Source of the DNA: an uncultured Gammaproteobacteria bacterium
Lineage (GTDB): Bacteria; Patescibacteriota; Microgenomatia; Daviesbacterales; UBA10151
NCBI GenBank assembly: GCA_964415615.1
Contig: CAYQAW010000005.1
Location: 1,902-65,901 of the forward strand
Direction: 5' to 3'
Length of the DNA: 64,000 nt
Of this stretch, positions 58,192-64,000 are shown in pieces; the stretch's first letter is position 1; each line of letters starts with the position of its first letter. Under the pieces are notes generated by a model. It was not told the DNA's origin and searched no databases. It saw nothing but the letters and a program-made list of their open reading frames with translations. A program made the translations under genes and the position numbers.

Positions 58192-59319
58192 ATGGATTAT
58201 TCAAAATTACCAAGACCAAGTTTATCTGGAATAGTTATTAGTATAGCTTTAGGAGTGGTGGTAGCTGTTGGGCTATACCAGGCTCAAGTAAGAGGTTTGC
58301 TTCCTGGGTCAATCAGTGAAAAACTGCCCCAGCCGGGTATCTTAGAAACAAGAAAAATAGTTTCAGAAGAGAATGCTGTAATTGATGTAGCTGAAAAAGT
58401 TTCACCATCTGTAGTAGCAATTGGGGCAACACAACGTGTTTTTAATCCTTTTGATCCTTTTTCAGTTCCAAGAAGCCAAAATACCACCATTGGTACAGGC
58501 TTTGTAGTTTCTGATAAAGGGATTATTGTAACTAATAAACATGTTGTTTCAGATACAGATGTTAAATATTCAGTTGTTACCAGGGATGGTAAAAAGTATG
58601 AGATTAGGAAAATTTATAGGGATCCAGTTTTAGATTTGGCGGTAGTGCAGGTAGACGGCAGTGATTTAAAATCTTTAGAACTAGGAGATTCTTCTAAATT
58701 AAAAATAGGCCAAACAGTTATAGCAATAGGAAATGCTTTAGGAAAGTTTACTAATACTGTGACAACAGGAGTAGTTTCTGGGGTTGGCAGAAGAGTGGTA
58801 GCTGGAGATCCTTTTTCAGGTTCATCTGAAGCTTTGGATGATTTAATTCAAACAGATGCTGCTATTAATCCTGGTAATTCAGGGGGGCCACTGTTAAATT
58901 CTGCAGGTCAAGTAATTGGGGTAAATGTGGCTACCACTGAAGGAGCTCAAAATATTGGGTTTGCAGTGCCTATAAATTCGGTTAAAAAAATAACAGATGA
59001 GTTTATTAAAACTGGTTCTGTTTCCAGGCCGGTTTTAGGGATTAGATATAGATTTATCTCCAGGGATGTGGCTATTATGAACGAGGTGCCCCAAGGAGCA
59101 TATATTCAAGAAGTGGTTCCTGATTCCTCAGCAGATCTAGCTGGAATAAAAGAAGGGGATATTATTACTAAAATAGATGGTCAAGCAGTAGATGCTGAGG
59201 CTAAAATCTCTCAGACTATAACTGGCAAAAAAATAGGGGACAAACTTAATTTAACTATCTGGAATGATGGTAAAGAAAGATCAGTAACAGCTACTTTACA
59301 AGAATTACCTAATCAATAA
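58192..59319 (+). CDS. HtrA/DegP-like serine protease with one PDZ domain
   Basis: GTGF, TNKHV and QTDAAINPGNSGGPL motifs. Confidence 0.95.
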   Translation: MDYSKLPRPSLSGIVISIALGVVVAVGLYQAQVRGLLPGSISEKLPQPGILETRKIVSEENAVIDVAEKVSPSVVAIGATQRVFNPFDPFSVPRSQNTTIGTGFVVSDKGIIVTNKHVVSDTDVKYSVVTRDGKKYEIRKIYRDPVLDLAVVQVDGSDLKSLELGDSSKLKIGQTVIAIGNALGKFTNTVTTGVVSGVGRRVVAGDPFSGSSEALDDLIQTDAAINPGNSGGPLLNSAGQVIGVNVATTEGAQNIGFAVPINSVKKITDEFIKTGSVSRPVLGIRYRFISRDVAIMNEVPQGAYIQEVVPDSSADLAGIKEGDIITKIDGQAVDAEAKISQTITGKKIGDKLNLTIWNDGKERSVTATLQELPNQ

Positions 59320-59958
59320 AATTCTTTGTTTGTGGGAAAGGTCTGTTTTTACATCAGTTTGAGCCTTTGGAAAATATTTTTGGGCTTCGTTTATAGCTAG
59401 TTCTCCATGAGTGTAGTCAACTTCTCCAATTATCAATTTAGGTTTCCAGCCTTTTTCATTAATTTGAGCAAATAATTTTCTATAAAGTTCAAAGCCATCT
59501 TCTCCACCATCTAAAGCTATATGGGGTTCAAAGTCTTTAACAGAAGAATCTAAATAGGGAATTCTTCCAGAAGGAATATAGGGAAGATTGGTTACAATGA
59601 TGCTTACACCCTTGGGGTGTAATCGAAGGTTTGATAACAAATTACTCTGTATAAATTTAATTTTATCTTCAACCCCATGTAGCTTGGCATTTTGCTGGGC
59701 AATTTTTAAAGCTTTTGCTGAAATATCAGTGGCTATAATTTTTACACTTGAATCATTTTTAGCAATAGAAATAGCTATATTTCCAGTTCCTGTTCCAATA
59801 TCTAAAACTAGAGTTTTACCTGTAATATTTCTCAAAACTTCATCTACTAATAGTTCTGTTTCAGGGCGGGGGATTAATACATCAGGAGTTACTTTAAACT
59901 TAAGTTTATAGAATTCAACCCAGCCCTTAATGTACTGAGAGGGCTTCGATGATTTCAC
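59305..59958 (-). CDS. prmC: Release factor glutamine methyltransferase (short, NLPY variant)
   Basis: [20 protein letters not shown] and ALDGG motifs; downstream of prfA. Confidence 0.92.
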   Translation of the reverse strand: MKSSKPSQYIKGWVEFYKLKFKVTPDVLIPRPETELLVDEVLRNITGKTLVLDIGTGTGNIAISIAKNDSSVKIIATDISAKALKIAQQNAKLHGVEDKIKFIQSNLLSNLRLHPKGVSIIVTNLPYIPSGRIPYLDSSVKDFEPHIALDGGEDGFELYRKLFAQINEKGWKPKLIIGEVDYTHGELAINEAQKYFPKAQTDVKTDLSHKQRILLIR

Positions 59959-60853
59959 CTAAATCTCCTTCCAATATCCTATCCAAATTGTGCCAGGATT
60001 TACCAATTCTATGATCTGTAACTCTGTTTTGAGGGAAATTATAGGTTCTAATTTTCTCTGATCTGTCACCACTGCCAATCTGAGAGGACCTTTGTTCTGT
60101 AATGTTTCCTACCAATTTTTTTTGTTCCATTTCCCAGAGTCTGGAACGCAGCAGTGACAGGGCATTTTCCCTGTTTTGCAGCTGCGATCTTTCTGTCTGG
60201 CAGGTAACTATAATACCAGTTGGAATATGGGTTAATCTTACAGCAGTTGAGACTTTATTAACATTTTGTCCTCCAGCTCCACCAGATCTGAAAGCTTCAA
60301 ATTCTATATCAGCAGGATTGATACTAACTTGGGCTTCTGTAACTTGTGGAAGCACTGCTACAGTGGCAGTTGAGGTATGTATCCTGCCTCCGGATTCAGT
60401 AACAGGCACTCTTTGTACTCTGTGAACACCTGACTCAAATTTTAGGGCGTTATATGAATTTTTGCCAACTATTTTGAGAACAATTTCTTTGATTTGTCCC
60501 AGTTTGCCTTCTGATCTATCCAGTTCCTCCATTTTCCAGCCTGAATTTTGAGCAAACCTGGTGTACATCCGTAGTAAATTACCTGCAAAAAGACCTGCTT
60601 CATCACCACCAGCAGCGCTTCTCACTTCCAAAATGGCTATATTAGGATTGACCCCAGCATCTCCTGTCACCTGGGAGGTGGGCCCTGACTCCTCCCAGGT
60701 GTTCTGGCTTGATGCCTCAAGTTCTTTTTTTTGCTTTTCAAGTTCTGCAATTTCTTCTGCAGCCAATTCAGACATTTCTGGATCGGCAAGGAGGAGTTTG
60801 ACTTCTTCAATTCTTTTACTTATTTGATCTATTTGTTCTTTTAGATAATCCAT
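59927..60853 (-). CDS. prfA: Peptide chain release factor 1
   Basis: [17 protein letters not shown] (PVT), GGQ and RTYNFPQ motifs. Confidence 0.97.
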   Translation of the reverse strand: MDYLKEQIDQISKRIEEVKLLLADPEMSELAAEEIAELEKQKKELEASSQNTWEESGPTSQVTGDAGVNPNIAILEVRSAAGGDEAGLFAGNLLRMYTRFAQNSGWKMEELDRSEGKLGQIKEIVLKIVGKNSYNALKFESGVHRVQRVPVTESGGRIHTSTATVAVLPQVTEAQVSINPADIEFEAFRSGGAGGQNVNKVSTAVRLTHIPTGIIVTCQTERSQLQNRENALSLLRSRLWEMEQKKLVGNITEQRSSQIGSGDRSEKIRTYNFPQNRVTDHRIGKSWHNLDRILEGDLGEIIEALSVH

Positions 60854-61201
60854 CTAAGAAGAGATTTGTTTGTCCCGATTAAATCGGGATTTGCGGGCTT
60901 GCATCAGTAGATCTTTTAAGGATGGTCTTTCTTTCTTTTTCTCTGCTACTTTAGAACTGCGGTATTCTAAAATTTTCTTTCTTTCTTCCTGTTTTACTTT
61001 AGAAGTTTCTGTCTTTTTGATAAATCTATCTACTTGTCCTAAGGTATCAACAAACTTTTGCTGTCCTGTAAAAAATGGGTGACACTGGCTGCAAATTTCC
61101 ACGCGGATGGCAGATATTGTTGAGCCTGTTTCAAAGGTAGCACCACAAGCGCAAGTCACTTTTGCATTAGTGTACCAAGTTGGATGTATATTTGCTTTCA
61201 T
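60854..61201 (-). CDS. rpmE: 50S ribosomal protein L31 with C-terminal extension
   Basis: MKANIHP, CACG and [10 protein letters not shown] motifs. Confidence 0.95.
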   Translation of the reverse strand: MKANIHPTWYTNAKVTCACGATFETGSTISAIRVEICSQCHPFFTGQQKFVDTLGQVDRFIKKTETSKVKQEERKKILEYRSSKVAEKKKERPSLKDLLMQARKSRFNRDKQISS

Positions 61202-61212
61202 GGTAGAAGATA

Positions 61213-62151
61213 TTATACTCTATGAGCTTTGTGGTGTCTATGGTGGGCTTCCTTGGCCAGCGTACCTAAATATGCTCCTATTGCAATTAGAGCTCCTCCT
61301 ACTGCAAATTGATTAGATATTCTCTCACCTAAAATTAATACAGCTAAAACAGTGGCTATAAATGGTTCTATATATTGGAAAAGATCAGCCACAATTACAG
61401 ATGTTTTAGCAAGTCCCCATTCAAAAAGGAAATAAGCAGAAATGGAAGAAAGCAGAGTCATAAAAATAAGGCCTAATATACCTAGAACAGTTACCTGATT
61501 TATCCAGGCAGGATTTTGAATATATTCAATACTGGCTGGGATAAACATTGAAATAGTACCTACTAAAAAAGCTATGGCTGTAACTTCCAAAGAAGAATAT
61601 TTTTTTAGAATTTTTTTAGAAATAGTAGTACCAAAAACCCAAAAAACTGCAGCTAAAATTATTAAAATATTGCCTGTTAAAACCTGGTTTGAAACAGTGC
61701 CAGAGAAGACTTGAGGCAGTCCCACAATAATCAAAGCCCCTCCGAAGCCTAAAGCTATTCCCAAAAGATTAATTAGATAAACTTTTTCTTTTAAAAACCA
61801 CCAGCCTGAAAGTACACTAAGCATAGGGACAATTAAAGATAAAACTGAGGCATCTATAGCGGTGGTTCTTCTGATGCCTTCAAAAAAGAAGGTAATATTT
61901 AAAGTTATTACAAAAACACCAATAGCAATCAGTTTTGGCAAATCTTTTTTATCAATTTTTACTTTTTTTGTTTCTGCCAGGAAAAATGGGGCTAAAAGCA
62001 AGGATGCTAAAGCAAATCTTAGAAAAGCCAAGCTCATTGGGGGAAATTCCTGTAAAGCAATTTTTGCAACAACAAAGTTAGCACCCCAGATCAAGTGAGC
62101 AAGAATTAATGCCAGGTAAGGAATAGGTTTTTTAAGAATCTGAGATGACAC
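61213..62151 (-). CDS. DMT/EamA family transporter with His-rich tail
   Basis: IWGANF, LRF and IEP..A..ILGE repeats, about 10 TM; ends [10 protein letters not shown]. Confidence 0.92.
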   Translation of the reverse strand: MSSQILKKPIPYLALILAHLIWGANFVVAKIALQEFPPMSLAFLRFALASLLLAPFFLAETKKVKIDKKDLPKLIAIGVFVITLNITFFFEGIRRTTAIDASVLSLIVPMLSVLSGWWFLKEKVYLINLLGIALGFGGALIIVGLPQVFSGTVSNQVLTGNILIILAAVFWVFGTTISKKILKKYSSLEVTAIAFLVGTISMFIPASIEYIQNPAWINQVTVLGILGLIFMTLLSSISAYFLFEWGLAKTSVIVADLFQYIEPFIATVLAVLILGERISNQFAVGGALIAIGAYLGTLAKEAHHRHHKAHRV

Positions 62152-62155
62152 TCTA

Positions 62156-63349
62156 TTATGATGTCAGTTTTTGGATAGCTTCGTCAAGTGTGAGAGCTTC
62201 CTGGGTTTTTCCGCCAGCTGGCGGATTAAGGTTTTTGAGCATAACTTTATTTAAAGCAGCTTCTTCTGGGCCAATGATAATTACAAATGGTATTCCTTTT
62301 TGATCAGCATATTTGAGCTGTTTTTCCAGCTTAGTTTTTGGATCTAACCAGAGTTCGGAATTGATACCCCGTAAACGTAGCCGATCGGCTACATCTATGG
62401 CAACTGGGGACAGATCTTTATTAAAAATGGTCACCAGGACTTTGGTGGTAGTTAAATCTTTTGGAAACAAATCCATCTGGTCCATAGCTTCAATAACCCT
62501 GTCAAAGCCAAAAGCTACTCCGACAGCTGGGATTTGTTTATCAGCAAACATGCCAACTAAATTATCATATCTTCCGCCACCAGCCACTGATCCAACACTG
62601 TAACCTTCAATTTCTACTTCAAAAATCATGCCAGTGTAGTAATCAAGTCCCCGGGCTAAGGTAGGGGAAAATTCTACTCTATCTTCTAAAGCCATTAAAA
62701 TAGTTTTGATAGTTTCAGTAGGCTGTGAACTTTCAAATTTTTCTACTAAATTTGCAGGAAAGCCTGCTTCAGCTAACTGGTGAGAGACCTGTTCTTTACC
62801 AATTTTTTTCAGTTTATCAATGATCCTGATTGCCTGAGAAGACATTCCTACGAAAAGCTGACGGTCATTTATTAAGACCTTAAATTTTTTAAACCCTAAT
62901 GATTCTAAACACTTAATACTACAGGCAATTACTTCTGCATCAGAAAGAGGGGAGTCTAGTCCTACAGTATCAATATCACACTGTAAAAACTCCCTGAATC
63001 TGCCTTTTTGAGTATTTTCTGCTCTCCAGACAGGTTGAATCTGGTATCTTTTAAATGGAGTAGGGAGTTTATCACCATATTCTGCTACAACTCTAGCCAA
63101 AGGCACAGTTTGATCATATCTTAAAGCTACTTTTCTGCCACCATTGTCTGTAAAACGGTACATTAATTTATCGCCTTCCGTACCATATTTGCCCAAGAGT
63201 ACATCTTCGTACTCCAAAGCAGGGGTTTCTAAAGGTTCAAAGCCATAAGATTCAAAAACCTTTTTTAAAATATTTATGACATATTGCCTCTTCCTGGCCT
63301 CACCAGGTAAAAAATCCCTAAATCCTTTTAATGTTTGAGCTTTAATCAT
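62156..63349 (-). CDS. hisS: Histidyl-tRNA synthetase
   Basis: KGFRDFLP, LRYDQT, GRFREFLQCD, RGLDYYTG and GGGRYD motifs. Confidence 0.98.
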   Translation of the reverse strand: MIKAQTLKGFRDFLPGEARKRQYVINILKKVFESYGFEPLETPALEYEDVLLGKYGTEGDKLMYRFTDNGGRKVALRYDQTVPLARVVAEYGDKLPTPFKRYQIQPVWRAENTQKGRFREFLQCDIDTVGLDSPLSDAEVIACSIKCLESLGFKKFKVLINDRQLFVGMSSQAIRIIDKLKKIGKEQVSHQLAEAGFPANLVEKFESSQPTETIKTILMALEDRVEFSPTLARGLDYYTGMIFEVEIEGYSVGSVAGGGRYDNLVGMFADKQIPAVGVAFGFDRVIEAMDQMDLFPKDLTTTKVLVTIFNKDLSPVAIDVADRLRLRGINSELWLDPKTKLEKQLKYADQKGIPFVIIIGPEEAALNKVMLKNLNPPAGGKTQEALTLDEAIQKLTS

Positions 63350-63706
63350 AGTCTTCTCCTATCTTAACAACTTTAGCAGCAACTGTAAATTTATTACACT
63401 TTTGTTCAACTTCTCCCAAATATCTATTTATTATTTCACTTCTCTGAATTTGAGGACAATTCCAAACTAATAAAGTGGAATTACCTCCAGCAATAGTAAG
63501 CTTTTGTCTTCTCATTCTTCCCATCTCCTTAATAGAATTCTTCCTTCACCTAACGGTAAACCCTCTCCTAAAACATCTCTCACTCTTTGTACATACCTAC
63601 TATCAGCATCTCCTAATATTTGAGCATCCCAATCAGGGGTAGTCTCTTCACTTGCAAGAGCATCAAATATTTCTGACATAGATGGTCTGTTATTAAATTT
63701 TTCCAT
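63342..63706 (-). other. Two small overlapping ORFs (63512-63706, 63342-63524) between T-box and hisS; possibly one frameshifted gene
   Basis: 64 and 60 aa ORFs tile the gap; second overlaps hisS start (ATGATTAA); no family recognised. Confidence 0.4.
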
Positions 63707-63759
63707 AAAAAAACTCCCGTTCTTTGCTCATTACAAATGTAATGAACAAGGAACGAGAG
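63707..63759 (-). terminator. Intrinsic terminator of T-box leader
   Basis: CTCTCGTTCCTTGTTCATTAC-ATTT-GTAATGAGCAAAGAACGGGAG followed by T7. Confidence 0.85.
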
Positions 63760-63954
63760 GTATCCGACTTCGCTCATACTCATGAGCATTAAAAAAGGAC
63801 CTCCCGCGGTCCCATCCTGTTTGTCTCGATGATTACTCATCAGACCTCTTGGTGGCGACTTTGGTTTTCCAACATCGTCTGTTTTATTTAACGGTTAAAC
63901 TTCCGTAGAGTATTTGGCTCTCAACTCCTGGATCGTGACTCCAGTACAAACGCT
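63707..63954 (-). promoter_or_regulatory. His-specific T-box riboswitch
   Basis: AAACAGGA-TGGGACC-GCG T-box, CAC in 5' hairpin loop, ACGG/CCGTTA stem IIA, stem III, and antiterminator overlapping terminator; upstream of hisS. Confidence 0.85.
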
Positions 63955-64000
63955 TTTAAACTCCGATTAAATCGGAGCCAATATTCAATTGTGTAATTAG

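Noticed and set aside
63613-63840. 75-aa ORF on minus strand
   Set aside because: Runs through the T-box antiterminator and terminator; most likely spurious.
63822-63844. Hammerhead ribozyme (CTGATGAG on minus strand)
   Set aside because: No GAAA core; better explained as T-box stem III.

Overview
AT-rich chromosomal segment of a Patescibacteria/CPR bacterium. Gene content and style suggest Microgenomates (inference); the genetic code is the standard code 11. The backbone is housekeeping: proS, tig, rpsU, ybeY, dnaX, glyA, folD, recR, cysS, cmk, ppsA, eno, gpmA, ychF, rpsF-ssb-rpsR, prfA-prmC, rpmE and hisS. It also holds a nearly complete ~20 kb de novo purine cluster with a PurN-PurD fusion, two tandem archaeal-type PurP homologues beside an intact PurH, and no purK. 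Best observations: (1) a 2.7 kb element in the first codons of ychF, where the att core GGAAT splits a serine-recombinase gene so that excision would add an open 55-aa C-terminus and restore the native ychF start; (2) a His-specific transcriptional T-box upstream of hisS, apparently with an ultrashort stem I; (3) two integrase-free toxin-antitoxin cassettes, each bounded by a diverged second copy of the host gene's last 11-12 codons (dnaX, guaA); (4) a 37-bp CGATCG-cored site that brackets a PaaX-like gene and recurs between two TA modules; (5) heptamer tandem repeats and short palindromes lying in frame within core genes. All calls come from reading the sequence and recalling protein families; no database searches were run.
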